DNA of 64,000 nt from an uncultured Pseudomonadota bacterium (GTDB taxonomy: Bacteria > Vulcanimicrobiota > Vulcanimicrobiia > Eremiobacterales > Eremiobacteraceae). Under the pieces are notes generated by a model, which worked only from the letters and a program-made list of their open reading frames with translations, was not told where the DNA came from and ran no database searches. The DNA lies in assembly GCA_963736005.1 (NCBI GenBank), contig CAVTNB010000001.1, positions 1,664,001-1,728,000 of the forward strand. Reading direction: 5' to 3'. Within the stretch, counting starts at the first letter, position 1, and every line of letters starts with the position of its first letter. Shown piece after piece: positions 18,284-28,780 of this stretch. The translations under genes and the position numbers were made by a program.

Positions 18284-20410
18284 CTAAAGGAACGATAGCT
18301 GGTCGCGGTCTTCGCCCGCCGCTGCCCGCGCTTCAGGCGGCACGAGGTCGTCAAAGCGGGCAACGAAATCGGCAACTCGGCGCACCAAGTACTCGCGATC
18401 TTCATCACCAGCATACTCCTCCAGCAAAGCGAGTTCGCCTCCCACACGCTGATAGACGCGGACCTTGTCCCCCACAGTCAGGCCTCGCTCGGTCAGCGCG
18501 CGGGCGAGCCGGCGATTGCCCGGCGCATTAAAGGTTTTCGACGTGATGGATTCCCGCCGCGAGAAGTCTTCCGGCGCGAGCTTGCGGTCGACGATGGCAT
18601 CAACCGTCTCACGCACGAGCTCGGCTATCTCCTGCGTGCGACCTTCAATGAGCAAGTTGGCGATGGCTGCCACAAGCGCCCTGCCGAATGGTTCGTCTCG
18701 GCCGGAGCGCAGAGCCGAGCCGCGCATGACCAGCTCACCCGAACTGCGTTTGAGCACGTAGTTTTTGGCCTTGATCGAAAGCATCACCGGGTAGCGCTCT
18801 TCCGCGACGAGTCGCAGCTCGTCGCCCAACCCTTGGGCGAGCGACGCGACGACTGCTTCGGAATTGTGAGTCGGCGCAACGAAATACGCGCCGTCGGTGT
18901 CGGCTTCGATGACCGTGCACCCGCGCTCGCGCAATCCGTCGACAATCTTGCCCATCACCTCACGCCCGGCTTCTGTCACCCTTCCGCCAGCAACCGGATC
19001 GTTGAAATGCAAACCGTGCGTGCCTAAAAATCCAAAGAAAGAATTAACGAGAATCTTAAAAGCGTTTTGCAATCCCTCGGCGGAGAGTTTATCCTCGTAT
19101 CGGCCTTGTCGACTCGCCTCTTCTGACTCTCGCTTCGCGGTAAGCCGCATCTCCCGCAGGCCTGCCAGCATGGGCAAGAACACGCCGAGGTCATCATCCC
19201 ATGGTGCGATGCCTCGAGCGAGCATGAGCGACGGATACAGGCTTTCGACGTCGCATTTCATGACGTCGTGAAAGATCCCGGTGAGAAAAGCGGCACTGAA
19301 CGCGCCTTCGATGGGCGCCGTTGGGCGCGGTCGCGGAATCGACCAGCGCTCGCGCAGATACGCGCGCACCATGAGGCGTTCGATACGGCTCCCGATGCCC
19401 ACACTGGCCACACCCTGCAGCGTTTCGGGCACCATCTGCGCCTGATAGAATTCGTTCGGCGTTACGAGGATGGAGAGTCGGTCTGTATCGCGCGCATCGT
19501 CGAGGCAGTATGCTTTCAGCTTGGCTCGCATGTCCGGGTTCGACCACAGCGCGCGCATGTTAGCGGCGTCGACCATCGTCCGCTCCTCATCCCCGATGCC
19601 CAGGTGGCGTACGATGTGTTTGAGTTTGTAGTTGGGCAGCTTTCGCCCGACATCCCAACGCACTGCGCTGATGAACGTGTCGACGACTTGACGACCTTCG
19701 ATGCGGTAGTATTTGACGAGCATGCCGCTTTGCGTCGTGCGGCGAATGCTGTCGTCTAGCCACATCGGCGTGCGCCCATCTCGACCGAGCGTGAGCTCAA
19801 CACCATGCCGCTTCGCGCGACTTGTCAGATACCAAAGATCAAAATTGAAGACGTTGTGGCCTTCCAAAATGTCGGGGTCGCGTTCGCGGACCGAGTGTAC
19901 GAACGCCTCGATGAGAGCTCCTTCTCCAGGAAAATCATCCAACGGGAGCACCTGCTCGAAACCCGTGTTATCGCGCAACGCGATAATAACGATGGCTGCG
20001 TCGTCGCGTTCCGGGTTGACGTCAAGGGTTTCGATGTCGAACTGCAAGCGGCGCAGTTGCGAGAAGCGCAGGCCTTTGAAGAACGTGTCACCCGTGGCCA
20101 CCAAGTGAGAGGTGATGGGGTCGAAGTAGGCGAGCCGCTGATCCGGCGCGAGTATGCGCGCTCGATCGCTGATTGCGCGCGCGTCTGCGCCGAGCATAAA
20201 ATGGCGCAACTCGTGCTGTCCGGCAAGTTCGATGCTGCCCGGTTGCGGTTTGCGGGCCAGCAGCCAGTTTTGCAGCGGCACGATCTCGCGCTCGGTTCGC
20301 GCGCCAACGCGCCGATACAGCGTGGCCGCACCAGCAGAGACATCCGGCTCCACGCTCACGATGCCGGTGCGGAATCCATGACCGAAAATGAGCTCGGAGG
20401 TCTGGGGCAC
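18284..20410 (-). CDS. Family B DNA polymerase with 3'-5' exonuclease
   Basis: DIET, GHNVFNFD, YCLDD; DVESLYPS, KILVNSFFG, ADTDG; C-terminal QLSFL. Confidence 0.92.
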   Translation of the reverse strand: MPQTSELIFGHGFRTGIVSVEPDVSAGAATLYRRVGARTEREIVPLQNWLLARKPQPGSIELAGQHELRHFMLGADARAISDRARILAPDQRLAYFDPITSHLVATGDTFFKGLRFSQLRRLQFDIETLDVNPERDDAAIVIIALRDNTGFEQVLPLDDFPGEGALIEAFVHSVRERDPDILEGHNVFNFDLWYLTSRAKRHGVELTLGRDGRTPMWLDDSIRRTTQSGMLVKYYRIEGRQVVDTFISAVRWDVGRKLPNYKLKHIVRHLGIGDEERTMVDAANMRALWSNPDMRAKLKAYCLDDARDTDRLSILVTPNEFYQAQMVPETLQGVASVGIGSRIERLMVRAYLRERWSIPRPRPTAPIEGAFSAAFLTGIFHDVMKCDVESLYPSLMLARGIAPWDDDLGVFLPMLAGLREMRLTAKRESEEASRQGRYEDKLSAEGLQNAFKILVNSFFGFLGTHGLHFNDPVAGGRVTEAGREVMGKIVDGLRERGCTVIEADTDGAYFVAPTHNSEAVVASLAQGLGDELRLVAEERYPVMLSIKAKNYVLKRSSGELVMRGSALRSGRDEPFGRALVAAIANLLIEGRTQEIAELVRETVDAIVDRKLAPEDFSRRESITSKTFNAPGNRRLARALTERGLTVGDKVRVYQRVGGELALLEEYAGDEDREYLVRRVADFVARFDDLVPPEARAAAGEDRDQLSFL

Positions 20411-20413
20411 GCG

Positions 20414-21568
20414 CTAATAATACCGGGTGGGTGTGGGTGTTGGCGTGGGCGGAGCTGGCGGCGAGGCGACGGGCTGGTCGCTGCTTTGGGGTATTGGAAT
20501 CGGCGGCAGGCTCACTTCGGGCAACGTGCTGGGATAGGGCGTAATGGGCGCCATCGCGGGCGGGATAAACTCAGTATTTGTAGCGACCGGACGGGCAACT
20601 TGATCGGGCACTGCAGTCGAGTACACAGCCGTGTCCGATGGGGCCGTGTTCCCAAGATAAGCTGACGCGGGAAGAAAACCTGGCGAACCCGAGTAGACTG
20701 GGATACCGGGAATATAGCGGACCAGTTTGATTGTTGTGCTCACATTGAGGTTGTAGCTCCCGGTGCGGTCCTTCACTTTCGCGTTGCCGTGGCTAAAGGC
20801 GTTGAGGGTCATGCCGAGCAGCAACTTGTTCGCAGACTCGACAAACGTTTGGCCGGTCGCGCCGCCACCACCGCGCAATGTGGCAAGACCAAACCCCTTA
20901 ACCTTGATTTTTGCGCGCAAATCTGAGCCTCCAGTTGATGAGATTTGCACGACGCTGCCTTGATCGCCCGTTGGCTGGTTCACGATATTTTGCATGTGCA
21001 GGGTGAGGGTTCCATATCGCAGCGAGACCACACCCGTGCTCGTCCACCACTTGCCGATATCCGGCAAATCGGCAGAGAGGCTGGAGAGCAAGAACGACGC
21101 CGACGCCAGATCGGCAAGAGCCCCTGTCGGCGGCCCAGCGCCTTGCGCGTCGAGCATGGGACTCGGCTGCGGAGATGCCGACGCAGAGGGAGTTGGCGAG
21201 GGCGAAACGGTTGCTGCTGGACTCGCCGACGCGGTGGAGACGGGCGCGGCAGTCGCGACGCCAAGAATCGGTCCACCCGCAGAGCCAATGCCTTCAACCG
21301 TCCAAGCCACGCTGCTGCTCGAGTTCTCCCTAAACGTCTGCGAGGTGGGCGCTGCGTTCCCATCGCGATAGCGAACCGTCAGGGTCGAGGTGCGCGTAAT
21401 AACATAGACTTGCTCCTCGCCGATGCCAAAGGCGTGGCCTGCAACGGAATAATATGCCTTCGCGGGAGTGGTTTGGCTGTTTGGATCGGCTATGCTCGCG
21501 GCAACGACGGCAAAAACGGTCGCCACGACCAGCACAGCGGGCAATCTCATTTTGGGGTTTACCATCAC
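20414..21568 (-). CDS. Secreted hypothetical protein, Pro-rich
   Basis: Signal peptide, SPSPTP linkers; tightly coupled to neighbours. Confidence 0.7.
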   Translation of the reverse strand: MMVNPKMRLPAVLVVATVFAVVAASIADPNSQTTPAKAYYSVAGHAFGIGEEQVYVITRTSTLTVRYRDGNAAPTSQTFRENSSSSVAWTVEGIGSAGGPILGVATAAPVSTASASPAATVSPSPTPSASASPQPSPMLDAQGAGPPTGALADLASASFLLSSLSADLPDIGKWWTSTGVVSLRYGTLTLHMQNIVNQPTGDQGSVVQISSTGGSDLRAKIKVKGFGLATLRGGGGATGQTFVESANKLLLGMTLNAFSHGNAKVKDRTGSYNLNVSTTIKLVRYIPGIPVYSGSPGFLPASAYLGNTAPSDTAVYSTAVPDQVARPVATNTEFIPPAMAPITPYPSTLPEVSLPPIPIPQSSDQPVASPPAPPTPTPTPTRYY

Positions 21569-22479
21569 GGGCCAGACCTTGGAGTGACCGTCGGATACGG
21601 CGTTTGCGCGTTCAACAATGGCGTTGGAGTTGGAGCGGCGCTCGTCTCCAAAGGTTGCGGAGAGACCTGCGTACCCTCAAGTTCCTGGTTTTGCGCTGGC
21701 GTAGGTGATGCGTGGGTCCATCCGTTGAGCACGACATTGAATTCGGCCGAATAGTCGTCGTGAGACGACCCGCTGGCCGATTGCTGCACGACGGTCAGCG
21801 TGCGCAACGCTTCGCCGATCAGCAGTCGGTCTTGGCTATCGTAATACGTGGTGCCGCTCACGGTGATTGTGCCGGACGTCGGCTGCCCATCTGCCGTCTT
21901 GAGCAGCGTTCCCGTCCCCGCGGACTGCAGCGCGTATGCGGTGAAACCTTGGTAGTTCGTTCTTCCCACAATTCTGCGCGTCACGGTCAAGACAAGGAAC
22001 GGTGTCTTGGATGCATTGGTCCAGGTCTTGCCAACGGCAAGGAGCCCATTTAGCGCGACCTCCCCGGCTGTGGTGTTTGCGGCTCCGATCGCATCAGAAA
22101 TGCCAAGCCCAACCTGCGCTTTGGTTCTCAGTTGCCCGTCCGGCAAAATTTTGCCCGACGTCACGGATTGGAACTCAACCGGTTGCCCTTGGTTCAGTCC
22201 TTTGAAATCGAAAGCGACGGTTGCGTAGGCTGTTCCATCCGCACCGATCGAGTAGACAGTAAAGGTTGCAGTCCCTTGTGCAGACGATTCGGCCACTTTG
22301 TCCTGGCTCTTTGAACCGCCGCGCACATGGTGCTGCTGCAACTCGGAGGTGATGGCATAGACAAGCTGGTCGCCGGCAACGAATGGAGACGTCGCCGCTC
22401 TGGCACTCGAGTGAGACGCCGCTGCAAACGCAAGCATCACACCCAAGACTATCGTCGTAGTTGCCGCAAGAAGTCGCAC
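21565..22479 (-). CDS. Secreted beta-rich hypothetical protein (possible distant paralog of the downstream gene)
   Basis: GGAGG then GTG at 22479; signal peptide; G-Q-VY-IT motif shared with the neighbour. Confidence 0.7.
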   Translation of the reverse strand: MRLLAATTTIVLGVMLAFAAASHSSARAATSPFVAGDQLVYAITSELQQHHVRGGSKSQDKVAESSAQGTATFTVYSIGADGTAYATVAFDFKGLNQGQPVEFQSVTSGKILPDGQLRTKAQVGLGISDAIGAANTTAGEVALNGLLAVGKTWTNASKTPFLVLTVTRRIVGRTNYQGFTAYALQSAGTGTLLKTADGQPTSGTITVSGTTYYDSQDRLLIGEALRTLTVVQQSASGSSHDDYSAEFNVVLNGWTHASPTPAQNQELEGTQVSPQPLETSAAPTPTPLLNAQTPYPTVTPRSGP

Positions 22480-22563
22480 CTTTGGCCCTCCAGCGCCTGA
22501 CGATATTCGCAGCAGGAACGTGGGCAGGTTTGACGACGAACGCACATAAACCCCTTTGCAACA

Positions 22564-23160
22564 GTGATTAGGCGGTTGGCTCTCTTCATAGTTTTTGTCT
22601 GCTTCTTCACGCGGATGAGCGCGCTCGGCGATGGCTCCGATGGCTACGATTCAAATCTTGCGCGAGCTGTGCGCAGCGCCACAGAGCAGTACCGCCTCGT
22701 CCTTTGGGCGACACACGACGGGTACATTCAGACGACGGAGTACATCCCATCGTTTGGCACGATGTACACGAATCACGATCGGTTCGACCCTGACACGCTG
22801 GCTAATCCAACGGTTTTGATTTACGACATCGCGGGAAGACTCGTGGCGTGTGGCTACCAATTTGTCAACAAGTCCGACATCCCTGACGTCTTGAAAACTC
22901 CAGACGTCACTGGCTGGTACCAGATCCCCAGGCACGTGCACTATAACATTGTCGTTGACGGCGTGACCTACTTCGTGCAGCAACCCTGGGATGGCGACGA
23001 GCAGCCGACTGCCGCGCTCTTGATCCAGCGCAAGCTCATGCCGCCAAACGCAACGTTGAACTTCGCCTTCGTCCACCCGTCCGCGACAGCTATCGTCATC
23101 TGGGCGTGGATGCCCAATCCTTACGGGCTTTTCGATTCAGCCAATCCGTCGCTCCCATGA
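22564..23160 (+). CDS. Secreted hypothetical protein
   Basis: Signal peptide; P-VLIYD--G-LV, RHVH, WAW-PNP-G-F---NP motifs. Confidence 0.7.
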   Translation: MIRRLALFIVFVCFFTRMSALGDGSDGYDSNLARAVRSATEQYRLVLWATHDGYIQTTEYIPSFGTMYTNHDRFDPDTLANPTVLIYDIAGRLVACGYQFVNKSDIPDVLKTPDVTGWYQIPRHVHYNIVVDGVTYFVQQPWDGDEQPTAALLIQRKLMPPNATLNFAFVHPSATAIVIWAWMPNPYGLFDSANPSLP

Positions 23161-23173
23161 TGCGTGTTCCCAC

Positions 23174-24904
23174 GTGACCAGCGCTCAGATAGCCCAACGG
23201 CTCAATGAAATCGCCGCGCTCATGGAGTTTTACGGCGAGCCGTTTTTCAAGATCAAAGCGTACGAGCGGGCGGCGCGAAGCCTTGAAGACAGTCAGACGC
23301 CAGTTGAAGTGCTGCTCGAGAGCGGCGAGCTCGAAGGCCTGCCCGGCATCGGCAAAGCCATTTCGCAAAAAATCGCAGACATTAATCGTACCGGCACGTG
23401 CAAATATCTCGAGGAACTGCGCGCGAAATTTCCGCCCACGATCTTGGAGCTCTTAAGCGTCCCCGGCATCGGCGCGAAAACTGCAGTCTCGCTCTACCGG
23501 GAGCTTTCGGTGGGCGGTCTTTTGGATTTGCGTCGAGTCATCGACGATGGCAGCATCGCACGAGTGCCGCGCCTAGGTCCAAAAACAATTGAGAACATTA
23601 AGAGTCAACTGGCGCGCGTGGGGACCCAGACGAGACGTTTGCGCCTGGGCGATGCCTGGCCGCTGGCCCGCGAGATTGTGGATGCTCTCGCTGCGCTGCC
23701 CTTTGCTCGCAACGTGGTGGCTGCGGGCAGTCTGCGGCGCATGGAGCGCAGCGTTTCGGACTTAGATATCATCTGCACGAGCGCCCAGCCTGAATCGGTG
23801 ATCGAGGCGTTCGTGGCGCTGCCCATCGTCGAACGAGTGAGCTCACAAGGCACGACCAAGGCGACGATTTGGGCCGAACCCGGGATCTCTGTCGACCTCC
23901 GAGTGGTCGCTCACGAATGTTTCGGCAACCTCCTGCAGCACTTTACTGGAAATAAAGAACACAATGTCCGGCTGCGGGAGCACGCTCTCCGCAAAGGTTT
24001 GAAAGTCAACGAGTATGGCATCGAAGACAAGGCGGGGAAGGTCGCCACGTTCGTCGACGAGGCGGACGTCTACACGATGCTTGGTTTGCAATTCATTCCG
24101 CCCGAGTTGCGATTAGGTCTGGACGAAATCGAACTTGCCAAACGCAACGCCCTCCCGGTGATTGTTGAACTTGGTGACATCCGTGGAGACCTTCACGATC
24201 ACACCAACTGGAGCGATGGTGTGTGCACGATCGAACAGATGGCCAGAGCGGCAGCGCAGCGCAAACGGGAATACCTCTCGATTTCCGATCATTCACCGGG
24301 GCGAGCGGTCGCGAATGGTCTTTCGGTCGAGCGCTTGCAGGAACAAATCGGGCAGGTCAAATCAGTCGCCGACAGATTTGGGGTCCATTTGTTCTCAAGT
24401 TCGGAAGTGGACATTCGGGCCGATGGCTCATTAGACTTGGCCGATGACGTGCTCGCTCAACTTGACATTGTGGTCGCTTCGATCCACTCCTCGTTTCGCG
24501 CTCCGAAAGAGCAGCAAACCAAACGACTCCTGGGCGCCATTGAAAACCCTCACGTGAATATCATCGGTCACCCAACTGGCACGCTGATCGAGGAGCGAGC
24601 GGGATACGAATTTGACGTGGATGCCGTGTTTCGCGCGGCTGCACGTACGGGCACCGCGCTTGAAATCAATTCGAACCCAGCGCGGCTGGATCTGAACGCA
24701 GATCTGGCGCGCAAGGCAAAGGAGATGGGCTGCATCTTCTCGGTCGACACTGACGCGCACTACGTCGAAGATATGGATAATATGCTCTTCGGAGTTGCAA
24801 CCGCGCGTAAGGCCGGCATTACCAAGGAACGAGTGCTCAATGCGCAACCACTTCAGGACGTCTTAGCGTTCGTTCGAAAGAAGCGTTCCGCAACGCGCGA
24901 ATAA
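23174..24904 (+). CDS. polX: DNA polymerase X/PHP exonuclease
   Basis: HhH GIG motifs, GSLRR, DLD, HFTG, PPELR, DLHDHT--SDG, HPTG, DTDAH. Confidence 0.95.
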   Translation: MTSAQIAQRLNEIAALMEFYGEPFFKIKAYERAARSLEDSQTPVEVLLESGELEGLPGIGKAISQKIADINRTGTCKYLEELRAKFPPTILELLSVPGIGAKTAVSLYRELSVGGLLDLRRVIDDGSIARVPRLGPKTIENIKSQLARVGTQTRRLRLGDAWPLAREIVDALAALPFARNVVAAGSLRRMERSVSDLDIICTSAQPESVIEAFVALPIVERVSSQGTTKATIWAEPGISVDLRVVAHECFGNLLQHFTGNKEHNVRLREHALRKGLKVNEYGIEDKAGKVATFVDEADVYTMLGLQFIPPELRLGLDEIELAKRNALPVIVELGDIRGDLHDHTNWSDGVCTIEQMARAAAQRKREYLSISDHSPGRAVANGLSVERLQEQIGQVKSVADRFGVHLFSSSEVDIRADGSLDLADDVLAQLDIVVASIHSSFRAPKEQQTKRLLGAIENPHVNIIGHPTGTLIEERAGYEFDVDAVFRAAARTGTALEINSNPARLDLNADLARKAKEMGCIFSVDTDAHYVEDMDNMLFGVATARKAGITKERVLNAQPLQDVLAFVRKKRSATRE

Positions 24905-24918
24905 ATTCGCGCGACTAC
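24894..24918 (-). repeat. REP class A overlapping the polX stop
   Basis: cgcgcgaataaattcgcgcgactac. Confidence 0.85.
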
Positions 24919-24924
24919 ATCAAC

Positions 24925-25725
24925 CTACAAGCCCAAGCGCTCGAGCAGCTGTGCCGGGGCGGCAAAGCCTGGTGGGCGATACGCGGCTTCAAGATAGCCG
25001 TGATAATCGCTGCCCCCACAATAGAACTTGCCATGTTTCATGGCCAAGGCACGCAGCGATGCTTGCTCCGCCTCGCCATACGCCAAATAGATTGCTTCAA
25101 GACCATCGCAATCGGCCAGAAGGGTTTCGGCAAGCCCAGCCTCATGTAGGGCCATCGGATGGGCAAGCAGCGCCAGCCCCCCACAGTTGCGGATCATCGA
25201 CGCCGCCTTTTCTGGCGTTGGCAGTTGAGTGTATGCCTGCTGCGGCAGCTCAGAAAAGAACGCGCGAAAGCGCGCATGAACTCGAAGTGGATCGCCGCCA
25301 TCAACACCCCGTCGAACCAATCGTTCGATCAGGACCGGCAAACGCACCGGGTGGTGCGGGAAATCGCGCGCAAGGTCTATGTCGACGCCGTCACGAGCCA
25401 GCGCCGCGATCCAGCGGCATTGATTGGCGTCCCAAACGTTGTGTGCAATTTCGTTTGCCGCTTGCAGTTCGTCATTGCTGCCATCGCATCCGAGGCCAAG
25501 AACGTGGATAACTCGCCCATGAGCATACGTCGTCATTTCGATGCCTGGCACAAATTTCAGCGCACGTTCCATTGCGCGCTGCCGTGCAGCGCCATGGCCT
25601 GCCGTCGTGTCGTGGTCCGTCAGCGCGAACACTTCCACGCCCGCATCCGCGACGCAGTCCACAAGCAATGCCGGATCGAGACGGCCATCGCTGCAGTGGC
25701 TGTGAAGGTGGAAGTCAGCGAACAA
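24925..25725 (-). CDS. PHP-domain phosphoesterase (TrpH/YciV-like)
   Basis: DFHLHSHCSDG, LTDHD, GIE, LAHP, GSDYHG. Confidence 0.9.
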   Translation of the reverse strand: MFADFHLHSHCSDGRLDPALLVDCVADAGVEVFALTDHDTTAGHGAARQRAMERALKFVPGIEMTTYAHGRVIHVLGLGCDGSNDELQAANEIAHNVWDANQCRWIAALARDGVDIDLARDFPHHPVRLPVLIERLVRRGVDGGDPLRVHARFRAFFSELPQQAYTQLPTPEKAASMIRNCGGLALLAHPMALHEAGLAETLLADCDGLEAIYLAYGEAEQASLRALAMKHGKFYCGGSDYHGYLEAAYRPPGFAAPAQLLERLGL

Positions 25726-25736
25726 ATGCGCCGGCG

Positions 25737-26477
25737 CTAATTACCGAAGCGGCGATGGCGACGCTGAAACTCGATGATGGCTTCCGCGAAATGAGCGCGT
25801 GTGAACTCTGGCCAGTAGACATCGGTGACCCATAACTCGGTGTAGGCGACTTGATAGAGCAGGAAATTTGACAACCGGTATTCGCCGCCTGGCCGTATGA
25901 GCAAATCCGGATCGGGAAGGCCCGCAGTGTAGAGGTAGGAACCAAGGGTCGCATCGTCGATCTGATCGACGCTCAAGACGCCCGAGCGCACGTCGTTGGC
26001 GAGCGTTTTTATCGCGTCTTTGAGTTCGGTTCGGGCGCTGTAGTTCACCGCGAGATTGAGGAGGGTGCCAGTGTTGCCTGCCGTTCCGCGGACAAGGTGT
26101 TCGAGCGCTTGGCGAGGCGCATGCGGCAGCGCCTCGATCCTCCCGAGCACTTGCACCCGGACATTTTGGCGGCGCAGTCCATCGAGCTCGTTGCGCGCAA
26201 ACGCACAACATAATTCGAAGAGCAGGGAAATCTCGCTTGGTTCCCGTTTCCAGTTCTCTTCTGAAAACCCGTAGACGGTGAGAATGGGCACGCCGAAATC
26301 GCGACAGGCCGTGGTGGTTTCGCGCAATGTCGTCATGCCGCGACGATAGCCCTCAATGATTGGCAGGTGGCGTTCGCGTGCCCAGCGTCTGTTGCCATCC
26401 ATGATGACGGCGACATGCCTGGGGATTGGCCCAGCCGGATCGGGAAGTGGTTGACGCTGGGCATCTCGTAAAACCAT
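25737..26477 (-). CDS. uppS: Undecaprenyl diphosphate synthase
   Basis: HVAVIMDGNRRWA, FSEENWKR, DPDLLIR--GE-RLSNFLLYQ. Confidence 0.95.
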   Translation of the reverse strand: MVLRDAQRQPLPDPAGPIPRHVAVIMDGNRRWARERHLPIIEGYRRGMTTLRETTTACRDFGVPILTVYGFSEENWKREPSEISLLFELCCAFARNELDGLRRQNVRVQVLGRIEALPHAPRQALEHLVRGTAGNTGTLLNLAVNYSARTELKDAIKTLANDVRSGVLSVDQIDDATLGSYLYTAGLPDPDLLIRPGGEYRLSNFLLYQVAYTELWVTDVYWPEFTRAHFAEAIIEFQRRHRRFGN

Positions 26478-26500
26478 TGTTTTGCTATTGACCTTTCGTG

Positions 26501-26917
26501 CTACTCGCGGACCAACGCTAACCTGGGCACCGAGCGGCCGGCTTGACGCGCCAAGCTATCGGCGCGTTCGTGAACGTCTCTGACCACCGACTCCAACTCA
26601 TCGATATAGGCAAGGAAACGCGTTCGCCCACTCTTCGTAATCCGGCAAATCGTGGTCGGGCGACCGGGCCCGCTCTCCTTGTTGATCGAGACGATGTCCA
26701 TTTCTGCCAACGCGGTCAGATGGCGGCTAAGATTGCCATCGGTTAAACCGCAAGCTTCCTGAAGCTCGGTAAAGCTCATGCCTTCGGGATGGGTCACGAG
26801 GCACGTGCACACGGCGAGCCGTCCGCGTTCGTGAAAGATACGCTCTAAACCAGAATAAGCGAACGGTGCATCCGTGCGGGTCCGCTGCGGTTTCCGTCCA
26901 TTTTTCTTCATCGTCAT
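26501..26917 (-). CDS. Winged-helix transcriptional regulator
   Basis: FHERGRL...F-EL---CGLTDGNLSRHL...T--GR--F--Y. Confidence 0.88.
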   Translation of the reverse strand: MTMKKNGRKPQRTRTDAPFAYSGLERIFHERGRLAVCTCLVTHPEGMSFTELQEACGLTDGNLSRHLTALAEMDIVSINKESGPGRPTTICRITKSGRTRFLAYIDELESVVRDVHERADSLARQAGRSVPRLALVRE

Positions 26918-27525
26918 GGCGATGACTGCGCTTTCCTATCCAATGATAACAAGTAGCCAATGATGGTCTGGCCAAGACCAAATCCGGCCGGCATCACCCA
27001 AAATGAAAGCGACCACGAGGGATCCGGGATCAAGATGAGCGCCGCGCCGGCGAGGCCGAATGCGCTCGCCACGTACGTGACGCCTCGCGGCAACATGGCG
27101 CGCGACGAAAACAGCCCGATGCCGTACGAAGCATACCAGACGCCTGGCAACAGCGAGACTATCCCGTGAGCGATCATTGCTAAACTCAGCACAGCGCCCA
27201 GCCCAACGGCTGGAAGGATCGCTATGCCGACGCTGCGGGTCTGTCGCCGTTCGTGTAACCCGGCATTGCGAACGTACCAAACGAGCAATGCGCCGTAGTT
27301 GATGGCTAGCGCTGCGGCGAGGCAGGCGAACCATATGACGAGATATCGCTGGGTGTCCGCCGGAGTTTGAGGAAACGGCGCAACCACCCATTGGACGATT
27401 CCCGCGACGATTGCCACCACGCCGCTGAGTGCCGCAGCCGAACCCGAATAGCCCCGAAATTCCTGGACGCTTGCCAGGCGGTCTCGCACTTCGGCGAGAT
27501 CCGCGAGCGCCCGCTCAACTTCCAT
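26914..27525 (-). CDS. Multi-pass membrane protein coupled to the wHTH regulator
   Basis: About 6 hydrophobic segments; 4-nt overlap with the regulator. Confidence 0.8.
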   Translation of the reverse strand: MEVERALADLAEVRDRLASVQEFRGYSGSAAALSGVVAIVAGIVQWVVAPFPQTPADTQRYLVIWFACLAAALAINYGALLVWYVRNAGLHERRQTRSVGIAILPAVGLGAVLSLAMIAHGIVSLLPGVWYASYGIGLFSSRAMLPRGVTYVASAFGLAGAALILIPDPSWSLSFWVMPAGFGLGQTIIGYLLSLDRKAQSSP

Positions 27526-27578
27526 CGGTTACTTTGTACCACAAAGTCAGGCAAATTGCAACGCACATCATTTTCTCT

Positions 27579-27602
27579 GTCGCAGCGGACCTCTAGGTCC
27601 GC
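27579..27602 (+). repeat. REP class C
   Basis: gtcgcagcggacctctaggtccgc. Confidence 0.7.
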
Positions 27603-27725
27603 GTGCCCGAACTGAGGACCAAAGGGAAGCGCCTTTCCTTGGCCTTGTGGCAGATTCTAAGGCTTGCCGAACGATGGTATAGTAACGAAGGCGCGGAACT
27701 GTCCTACCTGAAAGCGAGAGAGACG

Positions 27726-28697
27726 ATGGAATTATCCGACCTGCAAGTCTACCACAACGGAAAGTTCGTGCGGTATGGAGACGCCAAGGTCGGGCTCCTC
27801 ACGCACGGCCTCAACTACGGTACCGGGTGCTTTGAAGGCATACGTGGTTACTGGAGTCCGTCGCTCGAGCAGCTCTATATCTTTCGGCTGCAAGATCACT
27901 TCGAACGCCTGCGTCGATCGTCAAACCTCTTGCTGGTCTCCTTGGAAGAAACCGTCGCACAGCTCAGCGCCCATACCGTCGAATTGGTCCGCCGCAACAA
28001 ATTGCGCCAAGACGTCTATATCCGACCCATCGTGTTCAAGTCCGCTGAGGAAATCGGCGTACGCTTGCACGGCGTCGAGCACGACATCAGCATCGTCGTA
28101 CTGCCGCACAAACCATATCTTGATGCATCAAAGGGTCTACGTGCCTGCGTTTCATCGTGGCACCGGATCGATGACAACACCGCTCCTGCGCGGGCAAAAT
28201 TGACGGGCATCTATGTAGGCTCGGCGCTTGCAAAGACCGATGCGGTCAAGAGCGGATTCGATGAAGCGATCGTCATGACGGCCGAGGGGCACGTTGCCGA
28301 AGGCAGTGCGGAGAACATTTTTATCGTCCGCGATAACCTCGTGATCACACCGCCAGTCACGGATAACATCTTGGAAGGCATCACGCGGCTCACGATTATG
28401 GAGCTCGCTGCGACCGAACTCGGTCTGCGAGTTGTCGAGCGAAGCATTGATCGCACCGAATTATATCAGGCGGATGAAGTATTCTTCACTGGCACGGCCG
28501 TTGGGGTGTCCCCCGTTATTGAGATAGACCACCGGAAGATCGGCGAGGGCGGTATTGGGAAAGTGAGCGCCGCGCTCGTCCAGCTCTACGAGGATATCGT
28601 GGTGGGGCGCCTCAGTCAGTATCAGCGCTGGCTGACGTCTTGCTTTCCCGTAGCGGGCGGCTCCAGCGTGAAGAGCTCGAAAGCGGCGGCTTCTTAG
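27726..28697 (+). CDS. ilvE: Branched-chain amino acid aminotransferase
   Basis: HGLNYGTGCFEG, YIRP, AK--G-Y, EGSAEN, LEGITR, DEVFFTGT. Confidence 0.95.
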   Translation: MELSDLQVYHNGKFVRYGDAKVGLLTHGLNYGTGCFEGIRGYWSPSLEQLYIFRLQDHFERLRRSSNLLLVSLEETVAQLSAHTVELVRRNKLRQDVYIRPIVFKSAEEIGVRLHGVEHDISIVVLPHKPYLDASKGLRACVSSWHRIDDNTAPARAKLTGIYVGSALAKTDAVKSGFDEAIVMTAEGHVAEGSAENIFIVRDNLVITPPVTDNILEGITRLTIMELAATELGLRVVERSIDRTELYQADEVFFTGTAVGVSPVIEIDHRKIGEGGIGKVSAALVQLYEDIVVGRLSQYQRWLTSCFPVAGGSSVKSSKAAAS

Positions 28698-28745
28698 CCA
28701 CCGGACGTCCTAGCTAAGGGGACGCGCACATTAGGTCTTTCTGCC

Positions 28746-28774
28746 TTGCATTGTCGTATGGTCTCATCTATAAT
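28746..28774 (+). promoter_or_regulatory. Sigma70-type promoter
   Basis: TTGCAT-N17-TATAAT in an intergenic region of a GC-rich genome. Confidence 0.75.
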
Positions 28775-28780
28775 TGGTGT

